A DNA stretch of 64,000 nt from an uncultured Gammaproteobacteria bacterium (GCA_963807375.1 CAWEBP010000002.1:265856-329855), one strand, 5' to 3'; positions 34,653 to 45,098 are shown, numbered from the stretch's first letter. Notes: generated by a model not told the origin, from the letters alone. Program-made: numbers and translations.

Positions 34653-35866
34653 ATGGCCGCTCTCCTGATTCCGCTTGTTTTATTGCAAAGTTGCGTCGCC
34701 AAGAACGATCCGGCGGCCACAATCGATTTGCTGGCATTGACGAGCAGCATTTCCGAGCCACCCCCGCCCCCGACCGCTCCACCGCTGCCCGATTTACCGC
34801 CACCGCCAGCGCCCGCCTCCGTGGAAAACCGCCTCGGAGCAGGGGTGGTGGTGCTCGATCCGAACGAAGCCGCAAACGTGGAGGAAGTGGATTACCGAAC
34901 GATCCGGTTCAAGCGCAACGACGGTAAGTACGCCGACCTCAAGAAAGGCTCCATAGTCAGGCTACCGTCAAAAAAAGCCATCGTGCTGGAACAAGTTGAT
35001 GCCGAGGGCGCTGGTTGGATTGCGGAATTCCGGCCCGCCGAACTCACCGAGGCGCTGGGGTCCGCGACCATCGACTTTTCGATTCCGGTAAGGAGAAAAG
35101 GCAGCACCAACGAGCCGATCAAGACCGGGCGGCAGGAAAAGACCTTTACCGGGCCGGGCAACAGCAGTGTCTTGTTAGCCGCGCAAGCCGAGGTGAGCGG
35201 CGTGATCAAGGTTCACCTGCAGCTGGAAAACTGTGACATCCAGCGCGACGGCTGCCTCAAGTATCTGAGCGTGCTTTACGAATTCGACAACCCAGCCGAG
35301 ATCGAAATCAGCGCCAGCGCCTCGGTCAGGCACGAATGGGAGCCGATTGAAATTTTTAAGCACGAGTTGGATCTGGGGGGGCCTTCAATCGACTTGGGAA
35401 TCCTTCATCTACGTTCAACCCAATTTTGATTATTCGATTGCCCCTTTTATTGAAGTAGGCGCGGCGGTTTCGCTATGAAGGTCAGGCGTGATTTCGCGGG
35501 CACGGTGGGCTATGTCTACAGCCGCGGTCAATGGGTGGGAGTGGATCACACAGCAGTGGCCATCAAGCACAAGACACTGCCAGAGCTGACCGACAAGTTG
35601 CTAATGGGTACCGCAAATACACCGAGCTGATTTTTCAGGCCGAAGTCAGCTGTTTATTTTCAGTGCCAATACCGTTCTTTGATTTAGTAAGGTTTTCGAG
35701 GAAACCGTAGGCTTATCGGTACTGGTGAATACCGGGCGTTGACGTACCGTTCAATCCCGGGCCGGTGTCGTTTCGGGTACTGGCACCGATAAAACGAATT
35801 ATGTCGAGCGTTTCGCGGCAGGAAAGCTCTGCGGTGCCGGCACCCCCTGCATGACGCAGCCCTGAC
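34653..35866 (+). pseudogene. hypothetical lipoprotein; the 3' half (35380-35866) is readable only by switching frames
   Basis: Lipobox LVLLQS-C and a Pro-rich linker (track ORF 34599-35429). After the G7 run at 35375-35381, coding-looking stretches continue in other frames (TWESFIYVQPNFDYSIAPFIEVGAAV; DFAGTVGYVYSRGQWVGVDHTAVAIK; KYTELIFQAEVS; ..NYVERFAAGKLCGAGTPCMTQP-stop at about 35866). Confidence 0.5.
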
Positions 35867-35930
35867 ACCGCTACCAATCTTTAAGAGATCAGCAGGCCCA
35901 GATGCGGGGCTTTATGTTTTTTGAAAATGA

Positions 35931-36054
35931 TCACACCCGCTCAGGCCACTTTTTTGGACCGTTTTTGTGTAATGACAACAATGGTGGTACACATTTAGTA
36001 CCACCGCCGAAACCAAAACACGCGTTTCAGACGAAAAATGAGCTTAAGCGGGTG
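35931..36054. repeat. 123-bp intergenic element, copy D (124 bp)
   Basis: CACACCCGCTCA ... GGTGGTAC-ACATTTA-GTACCACC ... TTAAGCGGGTGC. Confidence 0.85.
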
Positions 36055-36149
36055 CCATGTTTTGGGGTGATTTCAACACCTGACCACGAGTCCCCAACAC
36101 CGAGATAGACCTCAAGCGCGTTGTGCGGCGGCTATAGTGCAAACGCACC

Positions 36150-37589
36150 ATGAGACTCTGCATCGCACTGTTGTTTCTGTTCATGCCGGCCCTGGCCTCG
36201 GCGCACTCTTTTGGCCGCCTCTACAACTTGCCGGTGCCGTTCTGGTTGTATGCCTATGGCGCCACCGCGGCGCTGGTGCTGTCGTTTGTGATTGTCGGAT
36301 TCTTCGTGACCGCCCGGTCCACGGCCGCACTCGAACAGTCTCGCGACCTCAGCAATGCGCGCTGGCTTGTGGCGCTGCGAAAACTGCGCGCGATCAGCGC
36401 GCTGAAAGCGCTCAGCGTCGGCGCGCTGCTGCTGTGCGTTCTGACTGGGTTTTTTGGCAATCCCAATCCGTACGTGAACTTCAACATGACCTTTTTCTGG
36501 ATCGTGTTTGTGCTGGGGTTTGCCTACCTCACCGCGATGATTGGCGACCTCTTTGCCGCCATCAACCCGTGGCGCGTCATTGCCGAATCACTGGGCCGTT
36601 TTTTTAAGAATTACACGCGCGGGCGCTGGGCCTATCCGGCGCGGTTGTCGTACTGGCCGGCTCTGGCGTTTTACATGGCCTTCATCTGGATCGAACTGTT
36701 CGGCTTTACGCGGCCATTCTCGCTTGCGGTTTATCTCACGGCGTACAGCCTGATTAATCTGGCCGGTGTGGGACTGATCGGTGTGAGCGCCTGGTTCCGT
36801 TACTGCGAGTTTTTTGGAGTGTTCCTGCGCCTGACCGCGCTGATGGCGCCGCTGGATTATTCACGCGGCAAGCTGCGCCTGCGCTGGCCGTTTGCCGGCG
36901 TACTGGAGCACCGCGCGGAAAGCTTCAGCGTTCTGCTGTTCGTACTGTTCATGCTCTCGTCCACCGCCTATGACGGCCTGCGCGCCACCGTGCCGTGGAT
37001 CCGCCTGTTCTGGAACGACCCGCTCAATATCCTCACGCCCCTGATGGGCAAAAGCCCGATCTATGCCTATATCGAGCTGCGGCCGTTCTATCTGGTCTAC
37101 GAAAGCCTGTGGCTGCTGCTGTCGCCGTTCATTTATCTGGGTGTTTATGTTTTTTTCATAGCCTTGGTGAAACGCGCCGGGCGCAGTCCGCTGAGCGTGC
37201 GTGAACTGGCGCTGCGCTTTGGCTATACGCTGCTGCCGATCGCGCTGGTCTACAACATTACCCACTACAACACGCTGATCCTCACCCAGGGCGTGAAGAT
37301 CATCAGCCTGCTGTCCGACCCCTTTGGCTGGGGCTGGAACCTGTTCGGCACCGCCAGCAAGTTTCGCGCGCCCTACCTGCCCGACATGGGCTGGGTCTGG
37401 CACAGCCAGGTCGGGCTGATCCTGTTCGGCCATATCGTCAGCGTGGTGCTTGCCCACCACGAGGCCCTGCGCGTCTTCGCGACGCGCCGGCAGGCAACCC
37501 TGAGCCAGCTGCCGATGCTGTTCCTGATGATGATCTTCACCACCGCCGGGCTGTGGATCCTGGCGCAGCCGATCCAGTCCGGGATGTGA
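36150..37589 (+). CDS. hypothetical polytopic membrane protein (about 12 hydrophobic segments) with a predicted cleavable signal peptide
   Basis: 479-aa intact ORF. N-terminus MRLCIALLFLFMPALASA-HSFG. No family recognised. Confidence 0.55.
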   Translation: MRLCIALLFLFMPALASAHSFGRLYNLPVPFWLYAYGATAALVLSFVIVGFFVTARSTAALEQSRDLSNARWLVALRKLRAISALKALSVGALLLCVLTGFFGNPNPYVNFNMTFFWIVFVLGFAYLTAMIGDLFAAINPWRVIAESLGRFFKNYTRGRWAYPARLSYWPALAFYMAFIWIELFGFTRPFSLAVYLTAYSLINLAGVGLIGVSAWFRYCEFFGVFLRLTALMAPLDYSRGKLRLRWPFAGVLEHRAESFSVLLFVLFMLSSTAYDGLRATVPWIRLFWNDPLNILTPLMGKSPIYAYIELRPFYLVYESLWLLLSPFIYLGVYVFFIALVKRAGRSPLSVRELALRFGYTLLPIALVYNITHYNTLILTQGVKIISLLSDPFGWGWNLFGTASKFRAPYLPDMGWVWHSQVGLILFGHIVSVVLAHHEALRVFATRRQATLSQLPMLFLMMIFTTAGLWILAQPIQSGM

Positions 37590-37624
37590 GCCGGACGCCG
37601 TAATTTGTTCCTATAATTGGGTCC

Positions 37625-38173
37625 ATGTCCCTGAATCTGGTCGCCACCGGCAGGAATGTCCCCGAGGACATCAACGTCGTCATCGAAATCCCGATGAACA
37701 GCGAGCCGGTGAAATACGAAGTGGACAAGAACTCCGGCGCCTTGTTTGTGGACCGCATCCTGACCACGCCGATGCGCTACCCCTGCAACTACGGTTATGT
37801 GCCGCATACGCTCTGCGGCGATGGCGACCCGCTCGACGCGCTGGTAATGATGCCGATGCCACTGATTCCCGGATGCATCATCAGCTGCCGCCCGATCGGC
37901 ATGCTGGAGATGCAGGACGAGGCCGGGTCGGACGAAAAACTGATCGTCGTGCCGAGCAGTAAAACCAGCGAGCTGTACAAGGACGTGGAATCGGTGCGCG
38001 AGCTGCCGGCACTGATTCGCGACCAAATTGCGCATTTTTTCCAGCACTACAAGGATCTGGAGAAGGGCAAGTGGGTCAAGATCAAGGGCTGGCACGGGCC
38101 GCAAGATGCACGGCGCGCGATCCGCGACAGCATCAAGCGATTTGCCAATACAAAAAAGAAACCGCACTTTTAA
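37625..38173 (+). CDS. ppa: inorganic pyrophosphatase (family I)
   Basis: 182 aa. VVIEIP..KYEVDK, YPCNYGYVP.T...DGDPLDALV. Confidence 0.95.
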   Translation: MSLNLVATGRNVPEDINVVIEIPMNSEPVKYEVDKNSGALFVDRILTTPMRYPCNYGYVPHTLCGDGDPLDALVMMPMPLIPGCIISCRPIGMLEMQDEAGSDEKLIVVPSSKTSELYKDVESVRELPALIRDQIAHFFQHYKDLEKGKWVKIKGWHGPQDARRAIRDSIKRFANTKKKPHF

Positions 38174-38207
38174 CGGCGAGCGAGCCGAAAATGACAGGGG
38201 GAGCGTC

Positions 38208-39245
38208 ATGAGAACAACTACAAACCAGACCGTGAGTACAGGTTTTTTCGGGATCATCAGTGCCTTACTGCTTTCAGCGTGCACAGCGCTGCCGCCCACC
38301 GCTGAACCGTGGGTCTACGAAGGGCCGCCGTCCGCCTTCGGGCCTGATTCAGTGGCTGAGGATGAGTTGGCGCAATTGCCGATGGCATCACGCCCGAAAG
38401 CCAAGGTGGCGGCACCGCTTGCCTCGGAAGGCCGCGTTGCGGCATTACATACCCCCGCCTGGGTCGAACGCGACGGCAAAAAATCGCCGCTGAAACCCGG
38501 CGCCAGAATCCAGGCGGGCGACACACTGCTCACCGGCAAGGGCGGCCGCGTGCACCTTACGCTCGAAGATGCCAGCACCGTAAAACTGGGCGAGGACGCT
38601 CAATTGGAAGTCGCCCAATTGGCGGCGGCGCAAGACGATGACGGCGGCACGCTCACCGGCACCCTGAATGTCTTGCGCGGCGCATTTCGATTGACCACAC
38701 AGACGCTGCAAAAAGTCAGCCGCCGGCGCGAACTTCTGGTCGGTGTCGGTGGCGTCTTTACCGCCGGAGTACGTGGCACCGACATCTGGGGCAAATCGGA
38801 TGCCGCTCAAGACCTGATCTGCCTGCTCGAAGGCGAAATTGACGTGATCACCGGCGACGATCAGGCGCTACACCTCGACCATCCGATGACGTTTTATGTC
38901 GTACCGCGCGGCCAGTCGCCCAAACCGGTAGCGCCGGTGCCGGCAGAAAAACTCAAGGGCTGGTTTGTGCAGACCGAGCTTGCGGCCGGCACGCCGGCGC
39001 TGGTCGAGAACGGCGCCTGGACGGTGGGGCTGGTGTCGCACGACAACGAAACGGCGGCCGTGCGTGCGGCCGAAAAACTCAACTCCCGCGGCATCCCGGC
39101 CGAAGTGTTCGTGGCCACTCTCAAAGGCAAGACCTGGCACCGAGTTGCGCTCGCCGGCTTTGCCGCGCGTGCCGACGCCGCGCGCTTTCGCGACCAGGCG
39201 CGCAAGCAGGGGTTCAAGACCGCCTGGGTCGTTGCTCCGGTTTAG
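38208..39245 (+). CDS. lipoprotein with a FecR-like domain and a C-terminal SPOR domain
   Basis: ATG at 38208 with a GGGGGAG RBS. Lipobox LLLSA-C. FecR-like GARIQAGDTLLTGKGGRVHLTLEDASTVKLGEDAQL. SPOR-like WTVGLVSHDNETAAVRAAEKL...GKTWHRVALAGF. Confidence 0.65.
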   Translation: MRTTTNQTVSTGFFGIISALLLSACTALPPTAEPWVYEGPPSAFGPDSVAEDELAQLPMASRPKAKVAAPLASEGRVAALHTPAWVERDGKKSPLKPGARIQAGDTLLTGKGGRVHLTLEDASTVKLGEDAQLEVAQLAAAQDDDGGTLTGTLNVLRGAFRLTTQTLQKVSRRRELLVGVGGVFTAGVRGTDIWGKSDAAQDLICLLEGEIDVITGDDQALHLDHPMTFYVVPRGQSPKPVAPVPAEKLKGWFVQTELAAGTPALVENGAWTVGLVSHDNETAAVRAAEKLNSRGIPAEVFVATLKGKTWHRVALAGFAARADAARFRDQARKQGFKTAWVVAPV

Positions 39246-39288
39246 GATGTCACGACAATAATCTGAAGTTCATATCAGGGAGACTCAA

Positions 39289-40329
39289 ATGATTGAAAAA
39301 ATAATTTCTTCCTCGTTGTTGTTGGGCTTGGCGCTGTTGCTGGCCGCCTGCGAATCCGGCCCGGTCAGAGCCGTGGCATCGGATGAGCCCATGGCAGATG
39401 AAACGCCGGCAGCCGGTTCGCAAGCAGAAGCCGATGCCGTCGCCGAGGAAACCACAGCCACAGACACCGCGGACTTCACGCAAGAAGCACCGCCCACGCC
39501 AAAGCCGGCGGTGGTCGATGAAGGCCCCGCGCCGACCCACGCCTCGGCCACCGCCGTGCTGCCACCCGCCTGGATTTATCGCGGTGCGCTTTCCACGGCC
39601 TTGCTGCCCGGGACGGCAATTTTTGAGGGCGACCGGATTGAAACCGGCGCCGAGGGTCGCGTGCAGTTGATCCTGGACGACAACGGCACATTGCAATTGG
39701 GCGGCAACACGCAGCTGATTTTCTCGCGCATGCGCGCCAACGAGACCTCGTCACTCAACGGGACGCTCGACCTGAGCAAAGGTTCCTTCGCATATGAAAG
39801 CGGCACCAACGGCACGCTGCTGCCGGGCGATCTCGACTTCCAGCTTGGCAACCTGACGGCCAGCGTTTCACAGTCCGCGCTGATGGGGCGCAACACCGGC
39901 ACCAACTCGCTGATCTGCCTGTTGGGTGGCAGCGCACAGGTCACCATGCCGGCCCAGGCGCCGGTGATGCTCGTCACGCCCAAAGCGTGCGTGACCAACT
40001 CCAAAACCGCCATCACCAACGCGGGTACGTCGCAGCAGGTTACCAGCCTGCAACAGGACACCCGGCCACCGGCCGGTATCAAGGCGATGAAAAGCAAAGG
40101 CACCTGGGCCCTGATACTCACCTCGGAAGCCAGTGAGGCCGCCGCCAAGGCCCATGCGCAAAAACTGTGGAAGGCGGGTTATCCGGGCGAGGTGATCGAA
40201 ACCAGGGTTAAGGGCAAGGCCTACTACCGGGTTGCGTTACGTGGCTTTGAATCGCGTGAGGCGGCCAATGGATTCAAGAAACGCGCCATCGCGCTGGGTT
40301 ATAAAAACGCCTGGGCCAGCGGCAAATAA
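39289..40329 (+). CDS. paralogous lipoprotein with a FecR-like domain and a C-terminal SPOR domain
   Basis: Lipobox LLLAA-C and an acidic linker. FecR-like GTAIFEGDRIETGAEGRVQLILDDNGTLQLGGNTQL. SPOR-like WALILTSEASEAAAKAHAQKL..GKAYYRVALRGF. Confidence 0.65.
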   Translation: MIEKIISSSLLLGLALLLAACESGPVRAVASDEPMADETPAAGSQAEADAVAEETTATDTADFTQEAPPTPKPAVVDEGPAPTHASATAVLPPAWIYRGALSTALLPGTAIFEGDRIETGAEGRVQLILDDNGTLQLGGNTQLIFSRMRANETSSLNGTLDLSKGSFAYESGTNGTLLPGDLDFQLGNLTASVSQSALMGRNTGTNSLICLLGGSAQVTMPAQAPVMLVTPKACVTNSKTAITNAGTSQQVTSLQQDTRPPAGIKAMKSKGTWALILTSEASEAAAKAHAQKLWKAGYPGEVIETRVKGKAYYRVALRGFESREAANGFKKRAIALGYKNAWASGK

Positions 40330-40362
40330 TTCAACTTCACTTCACGCAAAGGAGATATCGAC

Positions 40363-40767
40363 ATGAATAGCCGGTTCTGGATGGCGTTTGCGGCGGTCTA
40401 TGTGGTGTTTCACGTTCTGGGTTTCCTCGTGCACGGCGTCATGCTGGCCGACACATACAAGGCGCTCGCCGCGCTCTGGCGGCCGGAAGCCGAGATGCAA
40501 TCCATGATGTGGATCATGTTCGTCAACAGCGCCGTTTTCCTGTTCCTGTTCTGCTACATCTTCACCCGCGGTTACGAAAACAAAGGCCTGATGGAAGGCG
40601 TGCGCTACGGCGCGCTGATGGGGCTTTTTGTATCGGTGATGGCAGCCTTCGACAATTACGTGATCTACCCGGTGCCGCTGAATCTGGCCCAAACCTGGTT
40701 TGTCAGCGGCGTGGTGATCTACGTGATTCTCGGCGCGCTGCTGGGTCTGATCTACAAACGCGATTAA
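40363..40767 (+). CDS. hypothetical small membrane protein (four hydrophobic segments)
   Basis: 134-aa ORF preceded by an [10 protein letters not shown]. No motif recognised with confidence. Confidence 0.5.
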   Translation: MNSRFWMAFAAVYVVFHVLGFLVHGVMLADTYKALAALWRPEAEMQSMMWIMFVNSAVFLFLFCYIFTRGYENKGLMEGVRYGALMGLFVSVMAAFDNYVIYPVPLNLAQTWFVSGVVIYVILGALLGLIYKRD

Positions 40768-41672
40768 GAATCGGGCCACAACCGCGCGGCGCCGCGTACG
40801 CCGCTGCTGTCGCCGTGCCTGGCGGGCAACAGCTTTGTATCCACGCGGTCGCTGAATACCCATTGATTCCATAGCGCGGGCACGTGGCGGTAGAGCCGCT
40901 GCACGCGCGACACCCCGCCGCCGAGCACGATGACTTCGGGGTCGAGCAGGTTGATGACCTGCGCCAGCGCGCGTGCCAGCCGATCTTCGAAGCGTGCCAG
41001 CGCGGCAGCGGCTTTTTCATCACCGGCCTCTGCGCGCAGCGCGATTTGCTCACCGGTTAATCTTTCGCCGCCGGCCACAGCGTAGTCACGCGCAAGGCCG
41101 CTACCGGAAATCCAGGTCTCGAGACACCCCAAACCCCCGTGCCAGCAGCGCACGCCGGGGATCTCGTTCCATTCGGGGCGCGGCCAGGGCAACGGGTTAT
41201 GGCCCCATTCACCGGCTATGGCATTGGGCCCCGACAGCAACTGGCCGTGGACCAGCACGGCACCGCCGCAACCGGTGCCAAGAATCGCCGCGAAGAGCGA
41301 GCGCGCGCCGGCGGCGGCGCCGTCAAAATTTTCTGACAACGCCAGGCAGTCGGCGTCGTTGGCCATGCGGATTTCGCGGCCGATTGATTTTTCCAGATCC
41401 TGCTTGAGCGGCTTGCCGTTAAGACACACGGAATTGCAGTTTTTCATCAAGCCCGTAGCCGGGTTAACCGCGCCGGGGGTGCCGATTCCGATGCTCAAAT
41501 TTTTTCGCTCAATAATGGTTTCGAGCTTGGCCACCAGCCCGGCGATCGCGCTCACGGTGGCGAGATAATCGGTGGAGGGCGTCGAAAGGCGCTCACAGGC
41601 GAGCACGGTGGATTCACCTTCGAGGACAATACCCTCGATTTTGGTCCCACCCAGATCTATGCCGATTCTCAT
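40764..41672 (-). CDS. ROK-family sugar kinase (N-acetylglucosamine kinase NagK-like)
   Basis: MRIGIDLGGTKIEG, GIGTPG, ANDADCLALSE, GEWGHNPL, zinc-site region RCWHGGLGCLETWISG. Confidence 0.8.
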   Translation of the reverse strand: MRIGIDLGGTKIEGIVLEGESTVLACERLSTPSTDYLATVSAIAGLVAKLETIIERKNLSIGIGTPGAVNPATGLMKNCNSVCLNGKPLKQDLEKSIGREIRMANDADCLALSENFDGAAAGARSLFAAILGTGCGGAVLVHGQLLSGPNAIAGEWGHNPLPWPRPEWNEIPGVRCWHGGLGCLETWISGSGLARDYAVAGGERLTGEQIALRAEAGDEKAAAALARFEDRLARALAQVINLLDPEVIVLGGGVSRVQRLYRHVPALWNQWVFSDRVDTKLLPARHGDSSGVRGAARLWPDS

Positions 41673-41678
41673 ACTTCT

Positions 41679-42143
41679 ATGATGCCAGCGAAGGTTGCCC
41701 CTGCGAGCGAATGGCGGCAGGCGTTGTCAGCACTTCTCGCGCAGCGCGGCTTGAGACTTGAATGGGTCGCCGATGGCGATCCGATTCCGGCGAGCTATTG
41801 GGGGGAATCCGAAGCCGGTGTGATCGGCGTGACGATTTATGCGCGCGGCGACACGCCCGTTCACTCGGTGCTGCATACCGCCAGTCACGTGCTGTGCATG
41901 AGCGAGGAGCGCCGTGCGAAATTGAACACCGACTGCGGGGGCAGCGACCCCGAAGAAGAGGCGGTGTGTTACCTGCAATGCCTGCTGGCCGACGCCCTGC
42001 CCGGCTATTCGCGCGAACACTTATTCGCCGACATGGATGCCTGGGGTTACCACTTCATTCTCGGCAGCGCCAAGGCCTGGTTTGAACACGGCGCCGACGA
42101 CGCGCGACGCTGGCTGATTCAGCGCGGATTGCTTCTGGCCTGA
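41679..42143 (+). CDS. hypothetical protein
   Basis: 154-aa intact ORF with typical codon usage. No motif recognised. Confidence 0.45.
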   Translation: MMPAKVAPASEWRQALSALLAQRGLRLEWVADGDPIPASYWGESEAGVIGVTIYARGDTPVHSVLHTASHVLCMSEERRAKLNTDCGGSDPEEEAVCYLQCLLADALPGYSREHLFADMDAWGYHFILGSAKAWFEHGADDARRWLIQRGLLLA

Positions 42144-42874
42144 TTCGCCACCGCCTCGGCGGCTTTCTTTGCGGCTTCCGCATCACCCAGGTAACGGTGC
42201 GACTTGGCGCGAAGATCGTCGTGCAACTCGAACAAAAGCGGAATGCCGGTGGGAATGTTCAGTTCGACGATTTCGTTGTCGGGCACATTGTTCAGATACT
42301 TGTACAGCGCGCGCAGCGAATTGCCGTGCGCCGCGACCAGCACGGTCGAACCCTTCTTCAACTGGGGCGCAATGGCGTCGTGCCAGTACGGCAGCACGCG
42401 GTCCAGCGTCGTTTTCAGTGACTCGGTGGCCGGCAGCGTCGCGGCGTCCAGATTGCGGTAGCGGCGATCGTTGCGCGGATGGCCCGGATCGCTCTCGGCC
42501 ATCGGCGGCGGCGGCACGTCATAGGAGCGGCGCCAGATTTTCACCTGTGCTTCGCCATACTTGGCGGTGGTTTCGGCCTTGTCCAGCCCCTGCAGCGCGC
42601 CGTAGTGGCGCTCGTTCAGCCGCCAGGATTTTTTTACAGGAATCCACATCTGGTCCATGGCATCCAGGGCGATGTACATGGTGCGGATGGCACGCTTGAG
42701 TAAAGAGGTATGGGCCACGTCGAAGCTCAGGCCCGCTTCGCGCATGAGCTTGCCGGCAGCCACTGCCTCTTGCGCGCCTTTTTCGGTGATGTCCACGTCC
42801 ACCCAGCCGGTGAACCGATTGTCGAGATTCCACTGGCTTTGGCCGTGGCGCAGCAGCACGAGTTTTTTGGTCAT
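42119..42874 (-). CDS. gpmA: 2,3-bisphosphoglycerate-dependent phosphoglycerate mutase
   Basis: 251 aa. [45 protein letters not shown]. Confidence 0.95.
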   Translation of the reverse strand: MTKKLVLLRHGQSQWNLDNRFTGWVDVDITEKGAQEAVAAGKLMREAGLSFDVAHTSLLKRAIRTMYIALDAMDQMWIPVKKSWRLNERHYGALQGLDKAETTAKYGEAQVKIWRRSYDVPPPPMAESDPGHPRNDRRYRNLDAATLPATESLKTTLDRVLPYWHDAIAPQLKKGSTVLVAAHGNSLRALYKYLNNVPDNEIVELNIPTGIPLLFELHDDLRAKSHRYLGDAEAAKKAAEAVANQARSNPR

Positions 42875-42878
42875 GGGT

Positions 42879-43505
42879 TTAGATTACCGGAGCGCCAGTG
42901 TTTTTCTGTACGTCGTCCTTGCTGACGCCGGGCGCCAGCTCGGCGATTTTCAATCCCTGAGCGGTGACGTCCATTACGCACAGGTCGGTGATGATGCGGT
43001 TGACCACGCCGACGCCGGTCAGCGGCAGCGTGCATTTTTTCAGGATCTTGTGCTCGCCGCCCTTGGCGGTGTGCTCCATCAGCACCACCACGCGCTTGAC
43101 GCCGGCAACCAGGTCCATCGCCCCGCCCATGCCCTTGACCAGCTTGCCGGGAATCATCCAGTTGGCAATGTCGCCGGTGTCCGTGACCTGCATGGCACCG
43201 AGGATCGACAGGTTGATGTGACCACCGCGGATCATGGCGAAGGAATCGGCGCTGTTGAAAAACGCGGCGCCCGGACGCGCAGTGATGGTCTGTTTGCCGG
43301 CGTTGATCAGGTCGGCATCCACCTCGCTGTCCTTCGGGAACGGGCCGATGCCGAGCAGGCCGTTTTCGCTCTGCAGCCAGACGTCCATACCTTGTGGAAT
43401 AAAGTTGGCCACCAGCGTCGGCAGACCAATGCCGAGATTGACGTAGAACCCGTCCTGGAGCTCCCTGGCCGCGCGCTGCGCCATTTCGTCGCGATTCCAG
43501 GCCAT
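42879..43505 (-). CDS. scoB: 3-oxoacid CoA-transferase subunit B
   Basis: 208 aa. [14 protein letters not shown], active-site [17 protein letters not shown]. Confidence 0.9.
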   Translation of the reverse strand: MAWNRDEMAQRAARELQDGFYVNLGIGLPTLVANFIPQGMDVWLQSENGLLGIGPFPKDSEVDADLINAGKQTITARPGAAFFNSADSFAMIRGGHINLSILGAMQVTDTGDIANWMIPGKLVKGMGGAMDLVAGVKRVVVLMEHTAKGGEHKILKKCTLPLTGVGVVNRIITDLCVMDVTAQGLKIAELAPGVSKDDVQKNTGAPVI

Positions 43506-43506
43506 G

Positions 43507-44202
43507 TTATTTGCTCACCGTTCGCTGTTCGATGCGTTTTTCGGGTTTGGCGTTATGCACAATGCGGTGCACGTAGATGCCGGGGGTGTGAATGCTCTCC
43601 GGGTCGAGCGCGCCAAGCGCGACCATCTCCTCAACCTCCACTACGCAGACGCGGCCCGCGGTGGCGACCAGCGGATTGAAGTTGCGCGCCGTCTTTCGGT
43701 AAATCAGGTTGCCGGAGGGGTCGGCCTTCCAGGCCTTCACCAGCGCGACATCGGCGCGAAGGCTGCGCTCCAGCACAAATTTCTCGCCATCGAACTCGCG
43801 GATCTCCTTGCCGTCCGCCACGATCGTGCCGTAACCCGTCTTGGTGAAAAACGCCGGAATGCCGGCGCCGCCCGCGCGCAGCTTTTCGGCCAGCGTGCCC
43901 TGCGGTGTGAATTCCAGTTGCAGCTCACCGGACAGGTACTGGCGCTCGAACTCCTTGTTTTCGCCCACATACGACGACACCATTTTTTTCACCTGGCGCG
44001 TGTTGAGCAGCATGCCAAGGCCAAAGCCGTCGACACCGGCGTTGTTCGAGATCACCGTCAGATTCTTTTTGCCGGTGTCGCGCAACGCGGCAATCAGTGC
44101 TTCGGGTATGCCGCACAGGCCAAACCCGCCAACGGCAAGCGTCATCCCGTCCTGGATCAGGCCGTCCAGCGCGGCGGCTGCACTTGGTTTTAGCTTGTTC
44201 AC
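43507..44202 (-). CDS. scoA: 3-oxoacid CoA-transferase subunit A
   Basis: 231 aa. [46 protein letters not shown]. Confidence 0.9.
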   Translation of the reverse strand: MNKLKPSAAAALDGLIQDGMTLAVGGFGLCGIPEALIAALRDTGKKNLTVISNNAGVDGFGLGMLLNTRQVKKMVSSYVGENKEFERQYLSGELQLEFTPQGTLAEKLRAGGAGIPAFFTKTGYGTIVADGKEIREFDGEKFVLERSLRADVALVKAWKADPSGNLIYRKTARNFNPLVATAGRVCVVEVEEMVALGALDPESIHTPGIYVHRIVHNAKPEKRIEQRTVSK

Positions 44203-45098
44203 TCCCCGCCCTTTTTTTGTATGCGCGCCATTTTACCCGCGGGCTCGCGACCCAGTTGCGCGCTGATCCAGCGCGCGGTGTCGGTCAGCGCGGCCAGATC
44301 CACCCCGGTTTCAATGCCCAGCCCGTGCAGCATGAAGACGAGGTCTTCACTCGCCACGTTGCCGCTGGCGCCGTTGGCGTACGGGCAGCCACCGAGTCCG
44401 GCGACGCTGGCGTCCACGGTGCGCGCACCGATTTCAAGGCACGCGTAAATGTTCGCCAAGGCCTGACCGCGGGTGTCATGAAAATGCACGGCCAGTTTCG
44501 AGGCACCGACCGCCGAAGCGCAGGCGCGGAACATCTCGCGCGCGGCTTGGGGCGTGCCGATGCCGATGGTGTCGCCCAGTGAAATCTCCTCGCAGCCCAT
44601 AGCGGCCAGCGCCTGCGTTACGCGCACCACTTCGCCGACCGCGACCGCGCCCTGATACGGACAGCCCAGCACTGTCGAGACGTAGCCGCGCACGCGAAAG
44701 CGCTCGGTCAGCGCCTGCTCGACCACCGGCTGGATCCGCGCCAGCGACTCGTCAATGCTGGCATTGATGTTCTTGCGGTTGAAGGCGTCGCTGGCCGCCG
44801 TGAACACGGCAATGTGCTCGACGCCCGCGGCGCGCGCCCGCGCGAGGCCCCGCAGGTTCGGCACCAGCACCGGATAACTCACACCGGACTTGCGCTTCAT
44901 GCCCGCCAGCACGCTTTCGGTATCCGCCATCTGCGGCACCCATTGGGGCGAGACGAAGCTGCCGGCTTCGACTTCCGGCAGGCCTGCATCTGCCAGCCGT
45001 TCGATCAATTCGATTTTGAGCGCAGCGGACAGCGTCTTGGGCTCATTCTGCAAGCCGTCGCGCGCGCCCACCTCGACGATTTTTACTTTGTCCGGCAT
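44199..45098 (-). CDS. hydroxymethylglutaryl-CoA lyase
   Basis: 299 aa. [41 protein letters not shown]. Confidence 0.9.
   Translation of the reverse strand: MPDKVKIVEVGARDGLQNEPKTLSAALKIELIERLADAGLPEVEAGSFVSPQWVPQMADTESVLAGMKRKSGVSYPVLVPNLRGLARARAAGVEHIAVFTAASDAFNRKNINASIDESLARIQPVVEQALTERFRVRGYVSTVLGCPYQGAVAVGEVVRVTQALAAMGCEEISLGDTIGIGTPQAAREMFRACASAVGASKLAVHFHDTRGQALANIYACLEIGARTVDASVAGLGGCPYANGASGNVASEDLVFMLHGLGIETGVDLAALTDTARWISAQLGREPAGKMARIQKKGGE

Noticed and set aside
35712-35792. Inverted repeat ATCGGTACTGG ... CTGGCACCGAT with several GGTAC/GTACC words
   Set aside because: It lies within sequence that still reads as (frameshifted) coding. The repeat is imperfect, and it has neither the element termini nor the N7 core spacing.
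35781-35796. TGGCAC as a possible sigma-54 -24 element (checked because rpoN and a PilR-like activator are in the window)
   Set aside because: No TTGC(A/T) -12 element is present at the required 5-nt spacing, and the site lies inside the degraded coding region of the second unknown lipoprotein. No convincing sigma-54 promoter was seen elsewhere by eye.
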